Assembly (NCBI RefSeq): GCF_006345805.1
Contig: NC_043006.1
Span: 54,064,001 to 54,128,000 of the forward strand
Direction of reading: 5' to 3'
DNA length: 64,000 bases
Source of the DNA: Octopus sinensis
Lineage: Eukaryota
Made by a program: the position numbers and the translations under genes. This document shows positions 11,430 through 24,165 of this stretch, piece after piece; positions within the stretch are counted from its first letter, which is position 1, and each line of letters starts with the position of its first letter. Below the pieces are notes generated by a model. It made no database searches. It worked only from the letters and a program-made list of their open reading frames with translations, and was not told the DNA's origin.

Positions 11430-12385
11430 ATTATCGTTCGGTACGCGACTAACGCTTCGTTCCGAAGCATACGTATATGATGTTCTTTCTACACCAGGTT
11501 ATGATGGCATTTTCGGACAACTGCTTATGATGTGGGTGATATCTTCGGTCAAAGTCTGCATCGGTTGTCACATTTTACTGCTTTTCCTGTATCTCTATCC
11601 CTTTTACGTATCAGATATTTGGTTGATATTTCCTGTTCCTGAATTGCAAATACATACCCTTCAAAGTGGGAAGTAGTAATCTGGCTATTGGTCCATGATA
11701 AACTGCTTTCATGATCAATGTTACTATCATCTCGGAGCTTTCTACAAACATATCCATGCGTAGTCTTATGCTAATATAAGCCCATCCTTTCGTCTGATGA
11801 TACGTTGCAGTAGAGTCGTGCGATTTCTTCGGGCATGTATTCTAGGTTATCAGACAATGAATGTTGCTCAAGGAGCTCCCTTCCAAATCTTATGATGTTA
11901 TCAGCCTCATGTATGCAAAATCGGTCAAGGGATGCACTTCGACACTTGGTGGTAAAATATCCCCTTGTTGCCGAGGGGATATGATACAACATTCAAAAGC
12001 ATTTTGGATCGATGTTAAGCCTCTGCCGTCTTGTTTTCGTTTTAGATAGAGGCAGCATACATCACTGTTTCTGTGGAAATTATGTGTGCTTGTTAGTATT
12101 TTTCGGGTTTTCACATCAACAGCTCGGATCTCATCATGCATCCAATCAAGCAGCCCAAATGTTGGTATGGGTACTGGCACTACAAACACGTTGCGGGCCA
12201 CTGTTTTATTGAATGCAGAGAGTTCTGAGGTCCAAATTTTCTTTATTCGACTGTAATATTCTTTACAGACACGTCCTTTGTTACAGGTGCCATTGTAAGA
12301 GGTTTTCATCCACCCCTAGATACATGTAACATTCCTCATCAGACATAGGGGACATCGATGGAGATGTTGCTAGTCTGGTTTATAG
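11430..12385 (-). pseudogene. R4/Dong-like (RLE) non-LTR retrotransposon fragment, late RT through zinc knuckle
   Basis: KEYYSRIKKIWTSELSAFNK..FVVPV..TFGLLDW..VKTRKIL...NFHRNSD..LYLKRKQDGRGL; downstream FEGYVFAIQEQEISTKYL and CDNRCRL..EDITHIISSCP (CCHC-like); stops and frameshifts. Confidence 0.75.
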
Positions 12386-13221
12386 TTTGTATGTATGTAT
12401 GTATGTATGTATGTATGTATTATGTGTATGCGTGTGTGCGTTTGTGCACCAATACAAGTGACTCCAGAGTATATTCTACTTGTAGGCAAGTTCTTTAGAT
12501 GCAGTCGTAGGCGGAGGGATGGGATAAGACGTTCCCACTCCCCTTCTCTGTCTCTCACACATACACACTCATACAGACACACACATGCACTCACTATAAT
12601 ACAACATACCAAACGGTCAAGTGAAAAGATCCCTCGTAGCTTAGTGCACGGCAACAAAGACCAACAACTATAACAAGAACAACAACAGAATGAACTAAAT
12701 GAAGAGGAGGGAGGAGGATGACGGTGAGAGGAGGGTGATGATGAGGGGAGCAGAGATGTGGGATGGAAAGAAGAAAGAAAGGATATGCAGAGGAAGAAAG
12801 GGATTGGAGTAGAAGTAGGAGATGTGGTATGTGATGGAGTGGGAGTGGAGAGGTGGGAGAGATGAGGGAGTGGTTAATCGGGATGGAGAGTAGAAACATG
12901 GGATGGAGAGAATAGAATGGGGTCAGAAATGCTAACAATGATACGCGCACACGCGCACACACACTCAACCTCACACACACACACACGCGCGTGCACATAC
13001 ACACACACGAACGCAGACACACGCCCACATATACAGTAGCTACTTAAGGCGCATACGTAGATACGTAAGATCCGTGTATACATACTTACATATACATGCA
13101 CACGCACATACATACATATACATGCACACATATGCGCACACACACATACACACACATTCCACATTTTGTGAATGAGAGTAATGGTGAGAACGAGATACCA
13201 ATTTTGGGGAAATTCTTATCT

Positions 13222-13450
13222 TATTTCTTTACTGCCCACAAGGGGTTACACACAGAGGGGACAAACTAGGACAGACAAACGGATTAAGTCGATTACATCG
13301 ACCCCAGCGCGGAACTGGTACTTATTTAATCGACTTCGAAAGGATGAAAGGCAAAGTCGACCTCGGCGGAATTTGAACTCAGAACGTAGCGACAAACGAA
13401 CTGCCGCTAAGCATTTCGCCCGGCGTGCTAACGTTTCTGCCAGCTCGCCA
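13222..13450 (-). mobile_element. SINE-B, full length
   Basis: Head, Meta-like core and gtgggcagtaaagaaata tail all present. Confidence 0.92.
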
Positions 13451-13459
13451 TCTTATATT

Positions 13460-13750
13460 GAAACGTTTAAGTTGAACAAATCGAACCCCAATATTTAAAA
13501 ATTTTTTTAGTCTGGTATCTATTCAATCAGTCTATTTTGAGGAGCCGCTAAGCTACTGGACCACAAACAAACCAATACCAGTTGTCAATTGGGAGCAGAA
13601 CGAACACAAGCGCATACATATACAATGAGCTTCTAAACATTTTCCATTTCTGAAATTTACTCACAAAGTATTGGTCATCTCGGAGCCATAGCAGAAGACA
13701 CTAATTCAAGGTGTTACGCAGTGGGAATGAACCCACGTGAATTTTTGTAA
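13460..13750 (-). mobile_element. SINE-A, very old copy
   Basis: Recognisable gcagtgggaatgaaccc and atagcagaagacac motifs. Confidence 0.55.
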
Positions 13751-13753
13751 ACC

Positions 13754-13860
<107 letters not shown>

Positions 13861-14099
13861 GTGTGCGTGCGTGTGTGTGAGCATAATGTACGTACGCCGC
13901 TATATATATATATTATATATATATACACAGACACATATACACACACACACACATATATATACATATATATATATATATACATATAATACACACACATATA
14001 TATATATATATACATACATCATATATATATACACACACACATATATATATATATATACGTGTTCTTGTTTTTGGGGGGAAAAGCAATAGTGAAACTATG

Positions 14100-14670
14100 T
14101 GTTAGGGTCCCTGAAGTGTATAGACAAGACAACCAGCGTAGTTCAAACTCGCCTTCAGATGGCATATAATGTAAGTTTTTGCTGTATTCAAATCATTAGA
14201 AAATACGATGAATCCTCTCAGAAGTGAAAATACTCCACAAATAGGTGTAAATATTGCTGTTCGCTGAAGAGTTTCGCTTTGCAAGCATGAAGTTGCGGGT
14301 TCGCTCGTAAAGTGCAACACCTTGAAGAACCGTATTTTGCCAGAGCCTCATATTAAACAATGCTTTCTCGGGGAATTTTGGCTGAGAAGAAATTGTGTAT
14401 GCCGTCATGGATACACACACTTTCAGCTTCACACTTATTATTATTGGGGTAACAGGATACATACCAACCCGCCTGGAACATAGTATAGCTTAACTCGTTC
14501 TTGGGGAGGGAGTGCAACTCCTTAATTTATATATTACAAATGATCGTGATATCTGCGGCAATTGAAGCTTACAAGGATGTCTTAAGATTTAAAGGACGCT
14601 TTTCTTCACAACTATGCTTATGAAGCTGGCGGCCAGTTAACATTAACTTTAAATTAAAAAGAGAAAAAGA
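14100..14670 (+). pseudogene. R4/Dong-like RLE element 3' end (endonuclease C-terminus and 3' UTR)
   Basis: FSFTLIIIGVTGYIP and FLGRECNSLIYILQMIVISAAIEAYKDVLRF resemble the RLE C-terminus; nucleotide similarity to 61150-61370. Confidence 0.55.
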
Positions 14671-14822
14671 AAGCCATGCATATATACACACAGAGAGAAG
14701 TGTGTGTGTGCGCGCGCGTGTATATAGTCAATTCAAATGAATGAATAATAACTTTAACAAAAACAGACAAGAGGACGTGCACAGGGAATTAGTTTTACGG
14801 TCAGTTAAAAGAGAAAGTGTTT

Positions 14823-14849
14823 GACGTTTCGAGCATAGCTCTCTGTCGG
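14823..14849 (-). ncRNA. Degenerate Penelope-type hammerhead core
   Basis: CCGACAG A GAGC TAT GCTC GAAAC GTC; stem II intact, core scrambled, stem I not evident. Confidence 0.35.
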
Positions 14850-14981
14850 AAGAGAGAAAAAGAAAAGTCCAAAGAAAGAAAAGAAATCGCCAACAGTTCG
14901 TGTGTAGTTACATTGTTGAAGTGTGTGTGTGTGTGTGTGTGAGTGTGTGTGTGTTTGTGTGTGTGTGCATGTGTGTGTGTA

Positions 14982-15060
14982 TACGACGAGTTTCTTTCAG
15001 TTTCCGTCAACCAAATCCACTTGTAAGGCTTTTGTCGATTCGAGGTTATAGTAGAAGATA
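14982..15060 (-). mobile_element. SINE-A core fragment
   Basis: acgacgagtttctttcagtttccgtcaaccaaatccac. Confidence 0.8.
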
Positions 15061-15100
15061 CACACGCACACACACGCACGCACGCACGCACACACACACA

Positions 15101-15131
<31 letters not shown>

Positions 15132-15593
15132 CAGATACATATTAAAACAATGATATATACGTTTAATAACAATAACGAGTGTATTTAAGTATATATAGAC
15201 ACACTCATACATACAGTTTTGTTTGTATATGCGTACGTAAAGATGTTAATAATAACTGCGGGTAGAGGGTGCAACAAGCTGAGAGGAAATTGGGAAAAAA
15301 AGGGCTTTTTTAATCAATTCAACCCAGTCCACATCACTGATTTTCTAAGGACTTTCCAACGAAGAAAAGAAAAAAGGAAACCAAAATAGGGGCAGATAGA
15401 CGGTCAATATGGTTATTGTCGGACAATCGTGGTCGGTCAGTTATTTATCTAAAATAGTTTTCAAACCAAGCAATGTGACAGGTTTAACCTTCCACATCTT
15501 CAGGCTGTAGACAATGTACTCCTTGTCGATAGGGAGCGGCTGCGTGAGTGTACGCGCGTGCATATGGTGTGATGTGGTGATGTGAGTGTGTGT

Positions 15594-15645
<52 letters not shown>

Positions 15646-15764
15646 TGTGTGTGCGTGCGTGTATGTGTATGTGAGTGTTTGTGCGTGTGTATGTGTATGT
15701 GTATGTGTATTTGAAATACATGCTCAAATATGCAATCATATATACTTAAGGTGCAGGAGTGGCT

Positions 15765-15857
15765 GTGTGGTAAGTAGCTTGCTTACCAACCACATGGTTC
15801 TGGGTTCATTCCCACTGCGTGGCACCTTGGGCAAGTGTCTTCCTCGGGCCGGCCCGA
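15765..15857 (+). mobile_element. SINE-A head fragment
   Basis: ggagtggctgtgtggtaagtagcttgcttaccaaccacatgg...ccttgggcaagtgtcttc. Confidence 0.85.
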
Positions 15858-15906
<49 letters not shown>

Positions 15907-16230
15907 TAAAAGGAATTCCAACCTTGTTTGATTTTCACGTTTTATTTACAATCTTATAATGATATACTATAATATAATATAATATAATATAATAAAATAA
16001 AATAAAATAATAGAATGTTAAATGTTCATTCTGATTGAACTAGTACTTTCATGCATTAAATTATGCAATCTTCAGGTTCATGTAGTAGTGGTGACAGTCA
16101 TGCTTCACAATTTTTGATTATATATATATATATATATTGGGAGAATTCACGAAAAAAACAAACAAAAGACGAAGACAGATGGTGTAGAAAACAAACAGAT
16201 GTATTAGTATAACGCTCGGGAATTGAAAAA

Positions 16231-16264
16231 GTCTTAAGAGTTTCGAGCCTACGCTCTTCCACAG
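16231..16264 (-). ncRNA. Hammerhead-like core with A6U (CTGTGGA)
   Basis: CTGTGGA A GAGC GTAG GCTC GAAAC; the element continues about 100 nt and ends in (TA)n at 16117-16137. Confidence 0.35.
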
Positions 16265-16333
16265 AAAGAAACACAGAAACAAGGAGTGAAAAAAGTGTGT
16301 AGTGGCGTCACATATAAGTACATACACACACAG

Positions 16334-16365
<32 letters not shown>

Positions 16366-16670
16366 CCATCCATCCAATCAAGTTGCCTACTCTCCCGAAC
16401 TTGCTGGCCTTGTGCCAAAATTTGAACCCAAAATTGCATCAATCAGCCACTGTATTATTACTACAGTTCAATAAGAATTTCGTTCGGTGAATAGTCTTTT
16501 ATTCACACGATCATTAGACGATTTATTACTAGCAGAGTCAAAGGGCTCTTAACAAAAAAAAAAAAAAGAAGGTAGGGTAAGAAATGGAATTGGCTTGTAT
16601 ACTCCAGGTAAAATGCCAGGAAAAATGCCATCGCTTCCCGTCAGTTCTTTTCTGAAAAGCTCATTAATAT

Positions 16671-17050
16671 CTTTTACTTGTTTCAGTCATTTGACTATGG
16701 CCATGCTAGAGCACCGCCTTTAGTCAAGCAAATCGACCCCAGGACTTATTTTTTGTAAGCCTAGTACTTATTATCGGTCTCGCTTGCAGAATCGCTAAGT
16801 TACAGGACGTAAACATACTAGCATCGGTTGTCAAGTGATGTTAGGGGACAAACATAGACACAAACACACACATATATATATACATATATACGACGGGCTT
16901 CTTTCAGTTTCCATCTACCAAATCCCCTCACAAGTCTTTGGTCGGCCCAAGGCTATAGTAGAAGACACTTGCCCAAGAAGCTACGCAGTGGGTCTGAACC
17001 CGAAACCATGTGGTTGGTAAGCAAGCTACTTACCACACAGCCACTCCTGC
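16671..17050 (-). mobile_element. SINE-A, full length
   Basis: All modules present. Confidence 0.9.
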
Positions 17051-17074
17051 AAGATTATTGCATTGCTCATATAT

Positions 17075-17375
17075 TTTTTACTTGTTTCAGTTATTTGACT
17101 GCAGCATTACCTGGGCACGGCCTGGAAGGATTTTTTTAAAGTCTAGTACTTATTCTATCAGTCTCTTTTCTGCCAAACCGCTAAGTAAACACGTCAACAC
17201 CAGTTGTCAAGTGTTGGAGGGAGACAAACACATACATAAAGACACACGCATAAGGTAATATATAAAGCCTTATATATGTATGTATGTATATGTATATGCC
17301 CAAGGTTCTATGCAGTGGGACTGTCCCCGGAACTGTGTGGTTAAGAAGCAAGCTTCCTTATCACACAGCGACGCC
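17075..17375 (-). mobile_element. SINE-A, diverged with internal deletion
   Basis: Tail module plus head; core largely missing. Confidence 0.7.
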
Positions 17376-17847
17376 TGAAAAATTTTTTTTAACTTAATAC
17401 ACGATCCATTGAAATTATCTCCTCTTTTCTTTGTAAGTTACTAAATAATGTCGCTAAAATATTATTTCCTTTCTCTCGAAAAGAGGAAAATGTCAGTTCG
17501 TTTAGATCCTTTTTCGCCTACGTCATTCAGTGCATCCATACATATTTGATATAGCTCAATCCATGCCCATTGACTCGTTAGCTTAATTCTGTTGTTTTCT
17601 TTGAAGTTTGTTGAAGTATATAAGATCAATCAGCTACTCTGGTTTGTTCGTTAAAAATACAAAGACGATAATTGCCACGAAACGTTTAGCTAGTGTTTAG
17701 CTAGTGATAATGAAAGATAGAGGGAGAGAGAAAATCGAGAAACAGAGAGAGTGTATATACATTATTACTTAGATAATTTAAAATATACATTAACATATAC
17801 TTGACATGTCTCTTATTACAAACAGTACAGAGATTTAATGATAGATG

Positions 17848-17885
<38 letters not shown>

Positions 17886-18044
17886 ATATATACACAAACA
17901 TTCATACACAAGCATACACATACACACAAATACATAGATATGTATAAGTTTACACTATCTTCATATACTTGTGAACAGTTATTTTTACATAACAAAGGTC
18001 AATAACTAGTTCTATTCTTTCTCATACAAATATGTATAAAAGGA

Positions 18045-18380
18045 TATGTATGTATGCATGTATGTATGTATGTATGTATGTATGTATGTATGTATGTATG
18101 TATGTATGTATGTATGTATGAATGTATGAATGTATGTATGAATGTATGTATGAATGTATGTATGTATGTATGTATGTATGTATGTATGTATGTATGTATG
18201 TATGTATGTATGTATGTATGTATGTATGTATGTATGTATGTATGAATGTATGTATGAATGTATGTATGAATGTATGAATGTATGTATGAATGTATGTATG
18301 AATGTATGTATGTATGAATGTATGTATGTATGTATGTATGTATGTATGTATGTATGTATGTATGTATGTATGTATGTATG
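18045..18380. repeat. (GTAT)n microsatellite with interspersed GAAT variants
   Basis: Direct inspection, about 335 bp. Confidence 0.97.
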
Positions 18381-18425
18381 GTAAATTCCATTGTCTCGAC
18401 CACGGTCGAACAATGATGATGATGA
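18381..18425 (+). mobile_element. Very short RTE-like 3' tail inside (GTAT)n
   Basis: ttccattgtctcgaccacggtcgaacaatgatgatg (small hairpin plus short repeat) flanked by (gtat)n on both sides. Confidence 0.4.
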
Positions 18426-18911
18426 TGTATGTATGTATAAGGAGAGTGGAATCACTTCTTAGCCACTATTGTTCCCAGGTCTTCTCTGACCAGGAGTAAT
18501 AGCGCCTCCGAGGCTCCCAGTTATAGGTGATCCTTTATTCCAAAGTATGGGAGTGAAGAACCCCTAGTTCTTTCTAGAAAATAAACTGTTATAGAAAAAA
18601 ATCCTGAAGTACAGTTGCTTTCTGATCGTTTCGGCCTCTGTGGTGCCACCAGCTCACTGAACCAAAAAATGGATTCAGTGCGGTGCATCATTTTCTCCAC
18701 TCAAAAACGGATTCAGGTACAAGAAATTCTTGGACTCTCTGGACGTTTAGCAAGTGGTCTTAATCGGTCATGAGTTGACTTCCACCATGTATGTATATTA
18801 TTCAGTTTTATTTCAAGATTTCTTGCCAACAGAGAAAGAGCCAGTTTCTAACTTAGATCAAAGGAATTTCACCAATATCACCATTGGAATTTCACCGATA
18901 TCAACAGGGTA

Positions 18912-19075
18912 TTTGTGAGATGACTGGTAATAAAAGTCACAGGGGAAAAAGTCAGAGTAATAAAGTCACAATTTTGACTAGGAAAAAAGTCAGGAAAAGA
19001 AGTCGCAATTAACTTATGGTGGCCGGTAATAAAGTCAAAGGAAAAAGAGTCACAATTAATTTATGGGATCCGGAC
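18912..19075. repeat. Unclassified gtcac-subrepeat element, partial
   Basis: ggtaataaagtcacag subrepeats ending tttatgggatccggac; same family at 23.5 and 45.5 kb. Confidence 0.75.
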
Positions 19076-19213
19076 ATATATGTGCGCAGTGTTTAGAGTT
19101 AGTGGCATGTATGTAAGCGTGTATGTATGTATGTAAGGGTGTATGTATGTGCATATATGTGTATATGTATGCATAATTTATGCATACCTATATTTAAACA
19201 TGTATAATATAAT

Positions 19214-19250
<37 letters not shown>

Positions 19251-19261
19251 AATGGCCTATA

Positions 19262-20425
19262 GGCACAGGAGTGGCGGTGTGGCAAGTAGCTTGCTTACCA
19301 ACCACATGGTTCCGAGTTCAGTCCCACTGCGTGGCACCTTGGGCAGGTGTCTTCTACTATAGCCTCGGGCCGACCAAAGCCTTGTGAGCGGATTTGGTAG
19401 ACGGAAACTGAAAGAAGACGGTCGTATGTATGTATATGTATGTGTGTGTGTTTGTCCCCCAACATCGCTTGACAACCGATGCTTGTGTTTACGTCCCCGT
19501 AACTTAGCGGTTCGGCACAAGAGACCGGATCTTTTCCTTTTGAACGGCACATGTCAACACAATTTCTAGTTAACTAAACACTTTTAAACTTCGTATACTG
19601 GTAGAATGTGTTTATAAAATTCTATATGTTGTAATACATTTCCACTTTAATTTGAAGCATTTCGGCAATTTTAACCAATTGCTGACCTTCATTTGGGGTG
19701 AAAGCATTCCGTGCTGTATGAATATGTCCCTCGTTTAAGAAACAGATTGGGTTTATTTACATTTGCGAAGAAAAAAAGATACCCTTCCCCTAACCCTAAC
19801 CCTAACCCTAACCCTAACTCTAACCCTAAATCTAAAATAGATTGAAATGCAATAGATCGATACAAGGGTTATAATTATGGGTGACAATTTCATACGACAC
19901 CGCTACGGAAAATGTGATTTTTTCTAGCGGTGTCAAATGAAAATGTAACCCATAATTATAACCCTAGTATTGCATTTCAACCTATTTTAGGGTTAGGGTT
20001 AGGGGTGGGGGAAGGGTTTATTTTTTTCTTCGTAAATGTAAATAAATCCAATCTGTCTCTTAAACGAGGGACATATTCATACAGCACGGAATGTTTTCAC
20101 CCCAAATGGAGGTTAGCGATTGGTTAAAATTGCCGAAATGCTCGAAATTTCAGACGAAATATCTTACAAACTATAGAATTTTCTCAATAAAGCCAAGAAA
20201 AAATGATGTTTTATAAACACATTCAACCAGTATACGAAGTTTAAAAGTGTTTAATTAACTAGAAATTGTGTTGACATGTGCCGTTCAAAAGGAAAAGATC
20301 CAAGAGTCCGATAGAATAAGTACTAGGCTTACAAAGAATAAGTCCTGAGGTCGATTTGCTCGACTAAAGGCGGTGCTCCAGGATGGCCGCATTCAAATGA
20401 CTGAAACAAGCAGAAGAGTAAAAGA
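19262..20425 (+). mobile_element. SINE-A interrupted by a foldback MITE
   Basis: SINE sequence stops at 19526 and resumes at 20302 in register with uninterrupted copies. Confidence 0.9.
19527..20301. mobile_element. GG-terminal foldback MITE carrying (TAACCC)n/(TTAGGG)n, Merlin- or MULE-like
   Basis: TIR ggatcttttccttttgaacggcacatgtcaacac...; arms are nearly whole-length inverted repeats; 8-bp TSD aagagacc/aagagtcc. Confidence 0.85.
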
Positions 20426-20448
20426 CTATATATATATATATAGTATAT

Positions 20449-20491
<43 letters not shown>

Positions 20492-21204
20492 TATAATACA
20501 ATATATATACATACAAACATACATACATACATATATATATATATGGAATGGCTTATTGACGAAGACAGATATATATATATAATATATGTGTGTGTGTATG
20601 TGTGTGTGTGTGTGGTGTGTGTGTGTGTGTGTGTACAGATATATAAATGCATGTTACATCAGTGTGTATGTGTATATGTGACTATATACAACCAGGTTTA
20701 TGAAAATGCCTGCAGTATAATGCTATAAGCGGTAAGGAATGATAACTGAAAATGACCCGAAAGTGGAGAAGAGTGTGTTACAACGCTATAAAAAAAACAA
20801 TGACAGATATTCTGTGAGACAGGGAAGAAAACGGTGCTTGACATAAATATCACACCATATAATAATGATATAGTCATAAGAACACGATATCTATGAGCAG
20901 CAACTGATGAGAAAGTTCTTAACCGATTGCTGCAAATTTATGGCTTCACATATGTACGAGTAATTGTTGAGGTAACTAAACACCAGCTGCCACAACAGCA
21001 GCAGCAGAGGTAGGTGTAACAGCAGCAGCAGCAGCTTTCTTTTATCACTGAAGCTAAGATAAATACGTATATTTTGCCTTTAAAATTAAAAAAAATGTTA
21101 TTTAGATCTAAACTTGATTGGAGGCGTTACTTACTTTCCTATAACATTGCTACAAATTTTGATGTAAACTTTTTTCTACTGAACCAAATCTTAATTTTTT
21201 TTAC

Positions 21205-21629
21205 GGATCTTTTCGGTTTGAACGGCAGTTTTTTCTAGCGGTGTCGTATGAAATTGTCACCCATAATTATGACCCAAGTATCGATATATTGCATTTCAAT
21301 CTGTTTTAGGGTTAGGGTTAGTTAGGGTTAGGGGTGGGGGGAAGGGTATCTTTTTTTCTTCAGAAATGTAAATAAACCCAATCTGTTTCTTAAACGAGGG
21401 ACATTTTCATACGGCACAGAATGTTTTCACCTCAATAGACGTCTTTGATTGGTTGATATTGCAGAAAATGAAGAAAAAACACAACAAACTTACTAACCAT
21501 AGAATTTTCTCAATAAAGCCAAGAGAAAAAGATGTTTTATAAACACATTCTTCCAGTATACGAAGTTTAAAAGTGTTTAGTTATGTGGAAATTATTTTTA
21601 AAAAACTGCCGTTCAAACCGAAAAGATCC
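21205..21629. mobile_element. Same foldback MITE family, left arm internally deleted
   Basis: 30-bp TIR ggatcttttcggtttgaacggcagtttttt / aaaaaactgccgttcaaaccgaaaagatcc; (ttaggg)n inside; no TSD visible. Confidence 0.8.
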
Positions 21630-21853
21630 CAGTCCTCTTCAATAATGTTAACAGTTTTCAATTTGGTTAAGAACTGAACTAGCGATAAGCTCTGAAAGAT
21701 GCTGCGTGCGAGTAAATATATATATATATATCAGTAAATGGTGGGGTTATGTTAACCGCACGTGGAGAAATGATAGGAGAGGAACAATTATAATAATTTA
21801 CTTTCAATTTAGCATTCTGCCTTATTATAATTTTTCCTCTCCTATATATATAT

Positions 21854-21887
<34 letters not shown>

Positions 21888-21906
21888 ATAGTCCTCTTTG
21901 TGACTA

Positions 21907-22274
21907 TCTCTCTATATATAAACGGCAAGATGTTTGTCTGTGTGTGTGTCCTTTACACAAATCCACAAATTTTCAGTTAGAGGGCTCGCACTTTCTATGG
22001 TCATTCAAAACCGTCCAAGGGTGGTCGTGCACATCTTTATATTTACCCAGTCACTCCGCAAAGCCATTAAAAAATCAATAGAAGTGACTTTTTTGTGAAT
22101 TTTCTATCCAAAACCCAATCAAAATGCCCGAAACTTGATACGCCAATTGAATGCCAGCTAGCTGTATGTTAGTGGTGGGAGATTTGGACAGTACTCGCAT
22201 GTATGTGCGCACGCACGCAGCTGTATATGCATGCACTAGCACTATGACCCGGCAATCCCAGGTCATAGTGCTAG
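21907..22274 (+). mobile_element. Non-autonomous Helitron
   Basis: Inserted at A|T; starts TC(tctctatatataaacggc); ends with hairpin ctagcactatgacc-loop-ggtcatagtgCTAG; no TSD. Confidence 0.8.
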
Positions 22275-22719
22275 TTTATTCTATATCCTTTCAAAATTGC
22301 TCCCAGGCACTACCCATTTCAATGCGTCTTGGCCTAATGGCCCTTAATGTTTGTCTTCGTCGACATTGTACGTCCACCTGAAACGAGGCCCGATGTAAGT
22401 TAACCCACTGTCTATTACTTTATAAAAAATAGTTTAAGAACCATCTACTGGTATGTCTCAACGTTTCATACCACGGAAAAAATTCAAATATGAATTAGAA
22501 GTAGCTAGAAGGATATAGACAATATCGAACGCACATACACAAGGCTAGTTCGTGGATAAGCTGCGCTTGTAGACGTAAGAGGATATATTCTCGTTAATTC
22601 GTCTGGTGTTAAAACGTCTGAGAGTCAAAGACAAGTGAGATAATTCGCATCTTGTCCCATCGATGTTTCATCATTTTTACGACATCGATGTCTATCGCCC
22701 GTGAATGGGACAAAATACA

Positions 22720-23012
22720 ATGAGGAGAGGAAGAAGGACAAGAAGAAGAAGGAGGAGGAGGAGGAGAAGAAGAAAAAGGACAAGAAGGAGAAGAAGAAGA
22801 AGAAGAAGAAGAAGAAGAAGGGGAGGAGGAGGAGAAGAAGGACAAGGAGAAGGACAAGGAGAAGAAGAAGAAAGAGGGGAAGAGGAGGAGAAGAAGGACA
22901 AGAATAAGGAGAAGAAGGAGGAGGAGGAGGAGAAGGACAAGGAGAAGAAGGAGGAGGAGGAGAAGAAGAAAAAGAAAAAGAAGACGAAGAAGAAGACGAT
23001 GAAGAAGAAGAA
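22720..23012. repeat. (GAA/GGA)n polypurine tract
   Basis: About 290 bp with almost no pyrimidines on the plus strand. Confidence 0.95.
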
Positions 23013-23312
23013 GCCGTGTGAGTGGATTTGGTAGACGGAAACTGAAAGAAGCCCGTCGTATGTGTGTGTGTGTGTGGTGTGTGTGTGTGTGTGTGTGTTT
23101 ATGTGTGTGTGTGTTTGTGTTCCCCTGCCATCGCTTGCAACCGACGCTGGTGTGTTAATATACCCGCAACTTAGCGGTTCGGCAAAAATGATGGAATAAG
23201 CAATAGGTTTATATAGAATAAGTCCTGAGGTTGATTTGTTCGACTAAAAACCCTTTAAGGCGGTGCTCCAGCATGGCCACAGTCAAGTGACTGAAACGAG
23301 TAAAAGAATAAA
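23013..23312 (+). mobile_element. SINE-A, 5'-truncated
   Basis: gccgtgtgagtggatttggtagacgg...gagtaaaagaataaaag. Confidence 0.85.
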
Positions 23313-23477
23313 AGAACAAGCATACATACCTGTCTCTTTTACCTTTTTCACTTGTTTGAAGTGTTTAGTCTAACGTATTTTCTTTAAAGCCAGGTATTTA
23401 TTCTATCGCTCTCTTTTGCCGAATCACTATTACAGTGACGTAAACGTGCAGCGACAAAAAAGAGCACTCAGAGTATA

Positions 23478-23648
23478 CCGGTGAGTGGTAATAAAGTTAC
23501 AGTAATAGCCACAAGTTTGGCGAGGAAAAAAAGTCACAATTTATGGTGGCCGGTAATAAAGTCACAATTAATTTATGGGATCCGGACAAAACCTCCTCCC
23601 CGGACAAAACCTCTGTGACTTTATTACCGTCACTTTTTTCCCTGTGAC
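23478..23648. repeat. Unclassified gtcac-subrepeat foldback-like element
   Basis: gtaataaagtcaca versus tgtgactttattac inverted; ends acctggattc. Confidence 0.75.
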
Positions 23649-24101
23649 TTTTTTTTTTTTACCTGGATTCGCATATACCTTCTTCGCCTTAATGGATCCT
23701 AGAGACGAGAGGAACCTAAATCGAGAACAACTTATATAATATATAATAGATGACCTTGCAAAGGAAGTTCTCAGACAAATAGAAAATTTAATCCGAGATT
23801 TCCTGCAGCTTGGTATGAAACTGTGAAGATTTTGTTGAAATTTCAACCCCACATAATCTTTTGTTTCTTCGAGACGAGTTCTTTCGTCATTGTTGCACTT
23901 TAAAGAATAAGAAAACAAAAGAGAACGCATTGTGTAGTGAAGGTTACAAGGATGGAGACAGATGATTAAGAGAGCGATTCCATCAAATATTTTGCTCCCA
24001 TTTACCTCTCCTTGTATTCATTTTTTTCGTTTTTTTTGGTTGCCTTTAAAAGTCAGACTCTCGTCTTCAATGTCGTAATCTCCACCTCCACCTTCACTTT
24101 C

Positions 24102-24165
<64 letters not shown>

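Noticed and set aside
19790-19832. Telomere or healed chromosome end
   Set aside because: The short (TAACCC)n runs lie inside a TSD-flanked MITE in mid-contig.
22307-22394. Exon with good AG/GTAAGT sites
   Set aside because: Stop codons in all three frames; at most a non-coding exon, with no support available.
22609-23034. Poly-K/R/E and poly-S/L ORFs
   Set aside because: They are frames of the (GAA/GGA)n tract, not a protamine-like or acidic protein gene.
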